This document shows positions 40,651 through 51,010 of a DNA stretch of 64,000 nt, piece by piece. The translations under genes and the position numbers were made by a program. Position 1 is the stretch's first letter; each line of letters opens with the position of its first letter. Under the pieces are notes generated by a model. The model had not been told where the DNA came from. It did not search any database and saw only the letters and a list, made by a program, of their open reading frames with translations. The DNA comes from an uncultured Acidobacteriota bacterium (GTDB lineage Bacteria; Acidobacteriota; Vicinamibacteria; Marinacidobacterales; DATDRI01), in assembly GCA_963722765.1 (NCBI GenBank), contig CAVROO010000007.1, positions 159,606 through 223,605 of the forward strand, in the 5' to 3' direction.

Positions 40651-42900
40651 TTACAAGCGGAACAGGCGTGTAAATTTGACCACTAGGCTGCGGTTTTCTA
40701 GTTGAGGAAAGCCGGTAAGCGTGGTGTCTCGTCCGTCGGTGTAGACCACGAAGAGGTCGCTCCCCGGTCGGTACTCCCATCGGAAGCGGACGTTGGTCGA
40801 GAGGGTGTTGCTGGAAGTGTTGTACTGGACGAGCGCCCCGACAAAGGAACGGGGAGAGAACATGTAGTTGGCGCGGAGCCGGAGGAGCGTCGTGGTAAAC
40901 GAGCCCTCCTCTAGATCGATCCAGTTATGGGACAGGCGGGGCTCGAGGGAAAACTGCCGAGTCAGCTCGACCCGGCCGAAGTACATGATCTCTTTTCGGT
41001 TGCCGCTGTAAAAGCTGCCGTGCCGAAAGCCCACCCAGCCCGATAGGGGTCGCTGGGGTCCGAAGCGATATCCGTAGCGGATGTCCTGGAAGTTGTATCC
41101 CCGCACCGGTAAGAACACGCCGTCGGCAATCTCGAACTCCTCGTCCAGGAACTCATAGTTGCTGCGTGTACTCGACCGTGAAAAAGTCGCCGTTTTCGAG
41201 CTCCGGTTGAATTTCGAACTGGGCTCGACGCGTTTCCAGAACGTTATCCGTGGTCGTAACGTAGTCGAATCTTGCTTCGAAGTCGATCTTGCGGATGGCC
41301 GCGATGGAACGAGGGCCGCGGACTGAAACGAAAGTTGCCGGAAGTTTTGCGGATGTCCTCGCGCCGCAGAAAGCCTACCTCGGGATTGAAGTTTTCTCCG
41401 ATGTACAAGATGCTCGACGTCGAGGCCATAGAGGTCTACCGCCGTACCTTAGCCCGCCGCGATAGCTGGTGTCACCACCCGCGACGTTCGGAGTGGAGGT
41501 CTTGGCCCAGTAGGTATTGATGTCGAGGTTTTGAAGAAATGTGAAGTTTGCGTCGGCACCAAAAAGGGCGTTCGAGCCGTCGGCGTCGAGAGAGTGGGAG
41601 CGGTACGTCCCGATGAAACCAATATTGCTGCGCCGTAGAATGTCACGCTTTATGCGCGCGACGCCGAAATTGGTCCTCGGCACGCCATAGGCATCAGCCG
41701 AGCCGGTCTGCATCGCAATGGTCCCAATGGTGTACTTGCCGGTGCGGCCGGTGAGTCTTCCACCAAAAGTAATGGGGATCGAGGCATCTTCGTCGAATCC
41801 GATTCGGCGGCTGAAAAACATGATGGGCGTGTCCGATTGTCCCCCGCCGCCACCTCCGCGACGCGTGGCTCGACCGCCGAAACTGAAGATGCCTTGTCCT
41901 TCGAGGAAGAACTCCCGCTTTTCGGGAAAGAACAAGCTGAACCGCGTCAGGTTCACCTGCTCTTCATCGTTTTCGACCTGAGCGAAGTCGGTGTTGTAGG
42001 TGACATCCAGGGTGAGGCTCGCGGGTCACGCCATACTTTGCGTCGAACCCGACATCGGCGTCCAGATCGTTTGAAAAAGGGCTCATCGGCGCCCAAGTCC
42101 GTTCGCAATCCCGCCGTCGCATAAGGTTTGAGCTCCAGGTTCATGGAGCGCGGCGGCGGTTCGATGCCGACGAGGGTTGCCGCCTGCGATAGCTTGAGAA
42201 CGCCGCTTCGGCCGAAAGCGGCGGAAATGGGTGACAAGTAGCTCCATTCGTTCTTCCAGCGAACGATCCGCCTGAAGTTGATGCCCCAAATCTGTGAGCT
42301 TCCCGGTTTATACCGAAGGGACTTGAAGGGAAGCACCATCTCGACGGTCCAACCGTCGGGAAAGCGGCCGGTCTTGACGTCCCAAACCGTGTTCCAGTCA
42401 CTGTTGGTGTTCCGTTCGTCGGTGACCTGCGCGTCGAAGAGTGCACCAAGAGGGTTGGTGTGAAACAGGAAGCCGTTCCGTCGATCGTAAAACGTATCGA
42501 GGATAACGGCGAAGTTCTCGTTGTTGAAGATGTTTCGGTTATCCCGCCGCATCTCGTTGGCCACCATGCGCTCGGGGTGGCTGTCCCACATGCGGGCCGA
42601 AACGTAAACGTTGTCGTTGTCGAAAAAGACCCAGACTTCGGTTCGTTCCGTGGCCGGCTCGCCGTCGCTGGGGCTCCTGCTGGAGGAAGCCGTCGATGGA
42701 GGGAATCTGGCGGTAAATGTTCTCCTCGAGCTTCCCGTCAACGTCGAGAGGTTCACGCAGCCGGACCGCTCGCAAGGTCACTCGGCCGTTATCGTCGCGG
42801 GTCACCATCTCGGGTGGTCGCGGTGGTGGCGGGCCGTCGATGACTCCTTCCGGGACCGAGAGCGAGGGGAGCTAAGAGCGGATCGGTAAGGCCTCGCTCG
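40651..42900 (-). pseudogene. DUF5916-family outer-membrane protein (N-terminal CBM9-like domain + C-terminal beta-barrel), heavily frameshifted
   Basis: CBM9-like N-domain (VRLREPLDVDGKLEE, VWVFFDNDNVYVSARMWDSHPERMVANEMRRD...FAVILDTFYDRRNGFLFHTNPLGALFD) in ORFs 42539..42808 and 41953..42756. Beta-barrel C-terminus ending LVVKFTRLFRL in ORF 40651..41118. The intervening region is in several frames. Confidence 0.65.
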
Positions 42901-43259
42901 TCAGTGTCTTGGCCGCGTCACAGGCGCTGCGCACAAAACGGCTACGGAAACGATAAGAGCGTGAATATAGACTGGATGAAACCGTTGTTGCACTAGCGAA
43001 AAAGCTCCCTATCCAGTGACTGGATTCGATGGACCGATCAGGCCAGCCCTAATGCAATATTCGTGCCACTATATGCCTATTCGCCATCAAACAAACTGGT
43101 CCATCGTATCGCTTTGTGAATAAAAGCACTTAAAATTCTAGAATAGCTGGGTGCGATCCGTCAATTCAATATGGTAATTCACATCAATTTAGCAAAGAAA
43201 ATGTACTAGATCAGAGAAAGGCTGTAAAAAACATTAAACGTTTGTTTGATTTGAGATGT

Positions 43260-44531
43260 GGGGATTTGGCGCGGGCGGATGAAGGTCCAAATGCCCCACA
43301 GCGCGGCAGGAACGAGGGTCACAACGGCCATCGCTCAAGCAGGATGCCGGAAACACCCAATGCGGTTTGGTCCAGCATCCACCCTCCCGTTGCGGAGCCG
43401 ATGGCCATGGAGAGGGTCAAAAGGGCGAACTCTGTCGCAAAAATTCGACCTCGAACCTTGCCGGGAACCAGTTGAAGAAGGAGTTGAGTCGAAAAAACCC
43501 AAATCATTCCGCCCCCGACCGAGCGCAAGATGGCTCCGGCAATCACAACAGCAAAACTCGCGAGCGTGGAGGCGATGACGAGTCCCGCCGACATCGCCAG
43601 GTAGGCCAGGAACAAAGCCCACCGCATGGCCCCATCCCGATCGCCGGTAAATCGGCGTGCCAAAATGGGACCGATTCCCGATCCGACTCCGACCGTGGCA
43701 TAGAGCAAGCCCAATCCGATTCCGCCGCCTTCTCCGATAACAAAGAGGTCTTTGGCGATCGAGACTTGAATGACGTCGTACGAACCGGAGACGAACAGAC
43801 ACAATGCGGCCTTGTGAAACGCAATGGCCAAAACGTCTCGGTGTCGCTTCAGGTAAAGCAGGCCGTCGATGTAGTCACCGAAGGCGTCGCGGAGACTTGC
43901 CTGGCCGTCACCGGACTTGGCTCGATAGTGAACCCGGGCGATGAAGATAGGCGGACAGAACGAATGTGAGACGAATCGATCACGAAAGGCAGGATAATTA
44001 CCCCATCCGCCGGCGACCAAACCGCCCATGGCCGCACCCACGGCAAGCATGACGGACCAAGTGGCGGAAGTGAGAGCATTGGCCGCCCCAAGCTCGCGCG
44101 ACGGTGACGATATCGGGCAAGATCGCGTTTCGCGTGGGAAAGAAAACACCGGTCATCGCCAGTTGAACTGCGGTCAAAGCGTAGAGCATCCAAACTTGCT
44201 CGGGCGTTCGAACGAAGAGGAATCCCAGAACGGCAACCGCCCGTAATACATCAGTGAGTATGAGAAGTTTCTTTCGGTTGTAACGGTCGGCGGCGACACC
44301 CGCAAGGGGACTGATCAGGAAAGGCGCCAACATGCGAACTACAAACAGTCCGCCTATGGCCAATCCCGAGCCGGTGAGCTGTCCCACGAGAGATGCCGAG
44401 GCAATGAGGTTGAACCAGTCGCCGAAAAGACTGACGATCTGTCCGTACCAGAGATTTCGGAAATCGGCGTTTCCACGAATGAGCTCGGAATAGCCGGCCG
44501 CTCGATTGTGATTGGATCCGTCGGTGCCCAT
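43260..44531 (-). CDS. MFS transporter, with frameshifts
   Basis: N-half TM helices with LAGVAADRYNRKKLLI (MFS loop 2-3 motif) in ORF 43998..44531. C-half in ORF 43319..44149. The 3' end is approximate. Confidence 0.75.
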
Positions 44532-44595
44532 AAGCGAGGCGCCATTCTAGCGCCGAACCGGAGGAACAACCACTCGAAGGGGAGGACAAAGGTCG

Positions 44596-44933
44596 ATGCA
44601 GAAGTTGATCGCGCAACTTCGCCGATTCACCGAAGAGCGGGACTGGGAACAGTTTCACTCCCCCAAGAACCTCGCCATGGCGCTCAGCGTCGAAGTGGCC
44701 GAGATCGTGGAGCACTTTCAGTGGCTCTCCGAAGACCAGAGTCGGCGCTCGAGTCGGGGAAGCTCGAGGAGCTCAAGGACGAGATCGGTGACGTCATGAT
44801 CTATCTCACGAATCTGGCCGACAAGTTCGGCATCGATCCGATTCGCGCCGCCGAGGAAAAGCTCGAGAAAAACAAGGTGAAGTATCCGGCCGAACGGGTC
44901 AAAGGCAAATCCTGGAAGTACACGGAATACTAA
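44596..44933 (+). CDS. MazG-like nucleotide pyrophosphohydrolase (YpjD type), one frameshift
   Basis: GGAGG SD. RRFTEERDWEQFHSPKNLAMALSVEVAEIVEHFQW, then EELKDEIGDVMIYLTNLADKFGIDP in the second frame (ORF 44508..44933). Shift near 44740. Confidence 0.75.
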
Positions 44934-45055
44934 GTGGCCAAGGGCTCCGCCCTTGGCGGGAGAAGTCAGGAGTCAGAATTCAGAAGTCAGTAGATTTGGT
45001 GGCGGCGTCTCTCCTGCGTAGGCCGCCGCGTCATCAGATCAAATAGGAACTAAAC

Positions 45056-46615
45056 GTGGTCCAAGAAACGGTATCGAGAGCGTCCATTGGTGTGAAAATC
45101 GGTCTCACCGTTGCGTTACTGGTGCTTATCCATTATTTCCCTCAGTACTTCGGCGTACCCTACATGGACTCCCACCAGCAGATTCACATCATGACACCGG
45201 GCGACCTCGACGTCCGGTTTCCATTCGGTCTGTTCAAACTATGGTTGGTGGTCTCGATTTGGCTCAATGTCGTCCTGTGGACGGAAAGACGATGGGATCA
45301 GAGAACTCGATGGGTCGAGCTTGGGCTTGGGACTCGGTGGGGCCTACATTCTCTGGCGGATCTTCCAGCGTGCCTCGGCGGCTTTCCGACACGACGGAAT
45401 ACCCCTTCCGGGGATCCACAATCCCAGTCTCCAAGTCTTTCTCGGTCATGCGTGTCTGGTCGCCCTCGCTATTGCCATCGTTTTGACGCTCATCACTTCC
45501 GGTAAACGCTTTTATCGCCTACGCGGCGCTCTTTCCGTCGAGAGTCTCTGGCGGAGACGCAGGGCGACGGCAACAGAAATGGATCAGCGACAGGGAGGTT
45601 TCGAACGAACGCTGCGCCGCGACCTCCGGGACGTTTACCACTTCTATCTCGACGACAAAGCTCGGGAAGAGCTCGCCACGATGGGTGCCGTGGGAAAAGC
45701 CTTCCATCTGGTCTTCTGGGTCATGAAGAGCATGATTCAGAAACTCACTCCCGCCCGGCGCATTCTGCTCGTGGCCGGTTTGATTACCCCCACCATCGGC
45801 GTCGAGATCGGTGATACCGGTTTACGCTTTGGAGGGATCGGATTCGTGCTCATTCTTCTCGTCCTGTTGCTCGAGCTCAAGGACAAGCTCACGGCGCTCG
45901 ACGAGCTCGCCGTGGGCCGGGCCGTTCAAAACGCTCTGCTGCCGAGCGCGAATCCCGTCGTCGCGGGATGGGAGGTCTGGCTCCACACACAACCTGCCAA
46001 TGAAGTCGGTGGCGACCTCGTGGACTATCTCGAGGTTCGAGAAAAAGGCTGGGGCGTGGCTCTCGGGGACGTGGCCGGCAAGGGATTGGGTGCAGCGCTG
46101 TTGATGGCCAAGGTCCAGGCCACCTTGCGTGCTCTGGCCCCAAGCTATACCTCTCTTGCCGATCTCGCACGAGAGCTCAATCACATCATTTATCGCGATG
46201 GACTCCGTAATCGCTTCGTTTCTTCGTCTATCTCGAGCTCGAGTCAGGCTCTGGTGGAGTTCGCTTCGTCAACGCCGGACACTTACCGCCCATCCTCGTG
46301 CGCGGCGATGTGCTCCAGTCCATGCCCAGGGGCGCGCCGGCCTTGGGTATCCTGCCCGAAGCGACCTACAACGAAGAAGAAATTGAGCTCGACCCGGGAG
46401 ACCTCTTTGCCATCTTCTCGGACGGTGTCACGGAAGCCATGAACGAGAAAGGGCAATTCTTCGGCGAAGCTCGGTTAATGAGCCTCCTCGAGAAACATCA
46501 AGGTTTTTCCGCCAAGGCACTAGGCGAGCAAATCTTGTCGGAGGTCAAAGCGTTCATCGGCGAGGAACCTCCGAGCGACAATCTATCACTCGCACTGCTC
46601 AAGCGAGTGACTTGA
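45056..46615 (+). CDS. membrane-anchored PP2C-family Ser/Thr phosphatase (SpoIIE/RsbU-like), with frameshifts
   Basis: N-terminal TM helices. PP2C core GWEVWLHTQPANEVGGDLVDYLEV...ALGDVAGKGLGAALLMA and a C-terminus with DGVTEAMNEKGQFFGEARL. Pieces lie in three frames (45056.., 45267.., 46298..). Confidence 0.8.
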
Positions 46616-47149
46616 TCACTGCGACTCGTACGGGCCGTGAACCGATTCGACTTCAAAGGTCTCGGCCAAGTCGTCGAGAACGAACACTCGGTACCTCTCC
46701 CCGCCGGATTCGACACGCACTACGACATGTCCCCCGTCACTTTGGACCCGTTCGGCGCGAGGTCCAATAGCCGCCTTGGTGGGCTCGCGGAACTGGATGA
46801 TGAAGACATCGCGGGGCCCCGGATAAGCCCTTTCGGACAAGAGACGCTTCAGTACGCTCGGGGCCGGATGAGTGGGCGCCCAAGCTGGAACGATGTGAAC
46901 GCGGGGACGTAGTGCGGCAAGAAAGAAGGGACTCGCGGGATCGATGGAGCCGTGATGGTTGACGACGTGAACTTCCACCGGCCCAATGGCCTTGGCCCTC
47001 GCCTGAAGGCGAGGGAATCTGCGCGCCTGCTCGGCTGAAGCCGACCGAACCGGCGCGCTACCGATAGCCAACATCCGGGTCGTCCGCAGAGGCCGCCCGC
47101 CTTTAGGCGGCGGTCGTTCACAACATGATGCCGAACCCCCCGTATTCAT
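46616..47149 (-). CDS. hypothetical protein with MBL-fold/ComEC-like C-terminal region; N-terminus unresolved
   Basis: VVNHHGSIDPASPFFLAALRPRVHIVPAWAPTHPAPSVLKRLL resembles the C-terminal part of MBL-fold hydrolases. The HxHxDH N-terminal part was not found. It may be truncated or frameshifted. Confidence 0.3.
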   Translation of the reverse strand: MNTGGSASCCERPPPKGGRPLRTTRMLAIGSAPVRSASAEQARRFPRLQARAKAIGPVEVHVVNHHGSIDPASPFFLAALRPRVHIVPAWAPTHPAPSVLKRLLSERAYPGPRDVFIIQFREPTKAAIGPRAERVQSDGGHVVVRVESGGERYRVFVLDDLAETFEVESVHGPYESQ

Positions 47150-48336
47150 GCGGGGGAGCTTCCGCTTTCCGGCCTTCGGCCCCCTGAAGGCTTCGCCTAA
47201 AGGCGAAGGGTTTCACCCATCCCCGAGAGGAAACTAAACGGAAAAGGTTTCGAATCTTCGCGGTGGTCTTGGTGACCGCGCAGCCCTGGCAGATGGGCTC
47301 GCCGTCGGGGACCAAACGATCCCATGTGCGGTCCCGATGGGACGCACGAAGCCGATCGAAGTTCGCGCTTGCCCAGACTTCTTTGAGACTGAGCGCCGGC
47401 TCCGACTCACTCTCCACGACAGCGCCGCCGTCAATCTGAAGCGTGAATCCCTGACAACAAGGCAAGGTGTGCTTACCGTCCCACGAGACGACCATGCGAC
47501 GGAAGGGATCGGGGCACTGGAACTCTTCCGCGGACATTTGGCGCCAAACAGCGGCTTTCCATTGGTGGGAGCTACCGGCGGGAAAGTAGCACTCGCTGAC
47601 AGACATCCAATCCACGCCCATCCGACCCCGCCAAAACTCTTCCATGCGCCCGCTGTCGACGTCTTCGGCGTTCACGCTCGTACGAACCACCGAGGCTCGA
47701 ATGCGGCAATCGGGTGCGCCTTTGCCCTGAGCGCGTGTCTCGACGGCCGAGCGTACGGAGCGCAGGAGGATATCCCACTCGCCGCCGACTCTCTGGCGGC
47801 TATAGGTTTCCGGATCGCAAGCATCCACCGAGAACATGAGATCGGTGATTCCCGCATCGACGATCTGTGCGAACAGATCGGGATTTTTTCGAGCCCCGCC
47901 GTTTCCGTTGGTGTTCATCATGATATCTGGGAACTCGAGCTCGGAAGCGGTCCGGATGAAGTCAACGATCTTGGGGTGAAGCGAAGGCTCGCCCCGGTAG
48001 TTGAGCTTGATGGAACTGACGCCGATATCGGCGCACTCGCGGATGAGCCGGTCGTAGAGCGTAGGATCCATATAACCGCGTATATAAGTGCTGTCGCTGA
48101 AGCCCAACTTGCGAATGTGCTCGTGCGTCCAGATCTGGCAAAAGCCTTCGGGGTCCTCTTCGGTACTTCCGCAGTGAAGGTCGCAAACCGCCGCCGACTT
48201 CGAGGTCGACGTGGACGGGGTGGTCGGCAGGATCGAGCTCCTCGTTACGCCGATCCCACTCCCGGCGATAGGCCTCGTACCGCGCACTCCGAGTGGGGGC
48301 CTCGCCAATGATTCTAAAAGTCGGATCCTTAGACAT
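47118..48336 (-). CDS. radical SAM / SPASM-domain protein (peptide-modifying maturase-like), one frameshift
   Basis: Start MSKDPTFRIIGEAP...HPVHVDLEV, then the CDLHCGST cluster motif (CxxxCxxC region), NYRGEPSLHP, FSVDACDPETY and a Cys-rich SPASM-like C-terminus (CCQG...CQGC). Frames join near 48190. Confidence 0.8.
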
Positions 48337-48388
48337 AAAAACGCAGTTTAACACTTTATAGGGATAGGCGTTGTGTTTATGCCCCAAT

Positions 48389-48466
48389 CTACGCACTGCA
48401 GAAATACAAGGCCTGTCCCTCCGCCAAAAGGGCCACGTAGCAGAAATACAAGGCCTGTCCCTCCAT
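48389..48466 (-). CDS. candidate 25-aa tandem-repeat micro-ORF MEGQALYFCYVALLAEGQALYFCSA (possible RiPP precursor); speculative
   Basis: Not in the ORF track (too short). ATG at 48466..48464. Encoded by two perfect 25-bp direct repeats with a 42-bp (in-frame) period, immediately upstream on the same strand as the radical SAM/SPASM gene. Confidence 0.25.
   Translation of the reverse strand: MEGQALYFCYVALLAEGQALYFCSA
48398..48464. repeat. two perfect 25-bp direct repeats GCAGAAATACAAGGCCTGTCCCTCC separated by 17 bp
   Basis: Exact match read directly (48398..48422 and 48440..48464), in the 150-bp gap between the esterase stop and the radical SAM start. Confidence 0.9.
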
Positions 48467-48484
48467 TGACTCGGACCATTAAAA

Positions 48485-50097
48485 TTACCGCCACCACGAA
48501 GTGGTGGCCGTCTCAGGTTTGTTCCTCAAAATATATTCCGCCCACTGGTAAATTCTTCTCGACTCCGTACCCGCCTCCCGGCCGTACCGGTGGCCGATGC
48601 CGTCGCCGTAGACGAAGTAACCGGGATAGTGTGGGTTGGCCGTGGTCTTCATCCACTTTTCGAGCTCTTTGACCGGAACGTTGAGGTAATAGTTATCCAT
48701 GTCGCCGCAATAGACGTGGAGCTTGCCGACAAGCTTTGGACCAAGGGTGGCCCAGTTGGTCTTGAGATGGTGAAGGAGGTCGAAGTTTTCCTTCCAGTAC
48801 TGGGCGACCGAACGATCGATAGCGCCCGAGCGCTTGTCGAAAAGGGGTTTGAAGTAACCGTCTTCCCCAATGGGGCCGTGAACGGCCGACCATATGTCGA
48901 GCTGCTGTCCGGAACGGCCCTTGGTACCGCTAACGAGCTCGAAATGGTTCCTTTGCTTGGACGTCAGTCGAATCTCCCCGTTGGCTTCCCTCGTGTTGGG
49001 AGTGGGAACTCGACGCCACTCGTGCTGCTTGTAAAAGGCGTTCACGTCTTCGTAGATGTTGATACCCTCGACATTGGTGAAGGTGACCGGGTCGGGACTG
49101 TAAGAAAAGGTGCCGCCGAAAAATTCGGGCCAGAAGATCTGCATGGCGAGGGACTCCCACCCGCCGGTCGAACCACCGGTGAGTATGCGCGCGTAAGGTT
49201 GCTTGATGATCCGAAACCTTTTTTCCACTTCCGGTATCAACTCCTCCATCATGGCGTCGCCGTATGGACCCACATTGACGGAGTTCACCGAGTAGGACGT
49301 GTCGAAGTAAGGTGTCGGATCCTGAAACGTCACCACGATCATGCGTGGGAAGTCGTCGCCGACCCACTCCTGGTAGAACTCGCCTCCTTCTTCGAACCGC
49401 ATCGGATTGCTGAGCGAGAAGTGACCCTGGTAGTAGACAACCGGGTATTCCATGGTCTCCCGGTCATAGTCCCGCGGAAGGAGGACCGTGGCTCCGAGAT
49501 AAATAGGCCGGCCCCAGAAAGCGGGTCAGGATCTCGCTTTGAAATTTGAAGCGTTTTACCCACTGCGTATCTTGTGGAATCTCGATGGGAGGTATCACCT
49601 TCGTCGCTTCGAGTGAAATTTTGAATCCGTTTTTCGGATCGAGATGGACCCGCTCGACCTCGCTGTGGAGATTCCCCGGAGAACGATTGAAGTGCTGCCC
49701 CTCCCATTGATCGTCGTGCATCCACACCACGTGACCATCGGAGCGCCGGAACTCGGAATAAATGTTGACGAAAGCCTGAACGAAGTAATCACCGGCGGGG
49801 ATCTCATCGAGCGAGGCGACGGGACTCCCGAGGTCCGTTTCATCGATCACAGCCGACTTGCCCGGCGCGAGCTTCTCGATATCCCTTCCGAAGAAGGGTA
49901 CACCGGTTCGGCCGATCTGTAGCCGAGGCTCCTGCTCATTGGACCGCGAGATCATGACGTAGGCGCGACCTGTGACGGGCTCGGACCGGACCGACGCAGG
50001 AACACTGATCTCGAAACGCAACTTGGATTCGGCCCGAGCTTCGAGCAACGTTGACAGAATTGCGAGCAGACACAACAAAACCGTTCTCATCCGTGTC
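48485..50097 (-). CDS. secreted esterase-family protein (alpha/beta hydrolase, PF00756-like) with N-terminal beta-sandwich domain, one frameshift
   Basis: Signal peptide MTRMRTVLLCLLAILSTLLEARA and N-domain in ORF 49464..50171. Catalytic domain with GGSTGGW (GxSxG) in ORF 48485..49453. Confidence 0.75.
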
Positions 50098-50251
50098 ATC
50101 AAAGCGTTCCTTTCCGGTCTGGGACTCGGCTCCCCTGGAAAATCCAATCGGATATGATACAGATAGACCATCTATGAAACCAATCCGATGGTTTCGCCGT
50201 AGACTCTAATCGGGGCCGAATATTCCATGGTTTTTGAAGAAAGATGCTCGA

Positions 50252-50300
50252 GCATGTATAATTTGTGAATCTGACGTCATTTTGTGAAATTTGACGTCAA
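50252..50300. promoter_or_regulatory. near-palindromic operator GTGAATCTGACGTCAttttGTGAAATTTGACGTCAAATTCAC in the divergent tetR promoter region
   Basis: Two TGACGTCA cores. The second half site is an almost perfect 23-bp palindrome, 35 nt upstream of the tetR start. One A/T homopolymer asymmetry. Confidence 0.5.
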
Positions 50301-50334
50301 ATTCACATCTCGGCAAAGTCCCTGTCACAATTCG

Positions 50335-51000
50335 ATGGAAGAAGGAGACATGGAAGGAAAGGAAAAACTCTCCCGGCGCGAAAGAGAAAAGCTCTGGCAG
50401 AGACGCCAGATGCTCGAAGCCGCCATCGAGCTTTTTTCCGAAAAGGGCTACCACAATATCTCGATGCACCAGATTGCCGAGCGATCGGAATTTGCCATCG
50501 GGACCCTCTATAAGTTCTTCAAAAATAAAGAATACTTGTACCGCGCTCTGGTCACGGAAAAGTCATCAGAGATTTTCGGTTCTCTCGCCGAGCCTCTTTC
50601 CAAGGAGGGAGATACCTTGACGATCCTCGGGAACTATCTCGAGAACCGCGCCAAAATCGTTACCGAGGTCGCCCCTCTCATCCGCATGCACATGGCCGTG
50701 GCGCAGGGAATGAGCTTCAACATCAACGCCGAGGTCGAAAAGGAGCACCGCCGGTTCCATGAAAAACATATAGCGCAACTCGCGGCGGTAATGAACGAAG
50801 GCATTCGTAGAAAAGTATTGCGTTGCTTGGAGCCCGAATCCATGGCCGTGGCGCTCGACGGATTGGCGAGGGCGTTTTTTCAACAGGCTGTGAAGAATCC
50901 GAAACAGTTCGACAAGGAAGCAATCGCTCCCTTCGTGCTCGATCTCTTTCTGAAAGGAGGGCAGGCGTCCCGAAAAGGCCGGCTCTCTAACGCGTCCTGA
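50335..51000 (+). CDS. TetR/AcrR-family transcriptional regulator
   Basis: HTH LEAAIELFSEKGYHNISMHQIAERSEFAIGTLYKFFKNKEYLY. Upstream of and co-directional with the TolC-MFP-RND genes. Confidence 0.85.
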   Translation: MEEGDMEGKEKLSRREREKLWQRRQMLEAAIELFSEKGYHNISMHQIAERSEFAIGTLYKFFKNKEYLYRALVTEKSSEIFGSLAEPLSKEGDTLTILGNYLENRAKIVTEVAPLIRMHMAVAQGMSFNINAEVEKEHRRFHEKHIAQLAAVMNEGIRRKVLRCLEPESMAVALDGLARAFFQQAVKNPKQFDKEAIAPFVLDLFLKGGQASRKGRLSNAS

Positions 51001-51010
51001 GGCAGATATC

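Noticed and set aside
48398-48464. Possible CRISPR array (25-bp perfect direct repeats)
   Set aside because: There are only two repeat copies with a single 17-bp spacer and no cas genes nearby. The repeats are better explained as a coding tandem repeat or regulator site (see finding).
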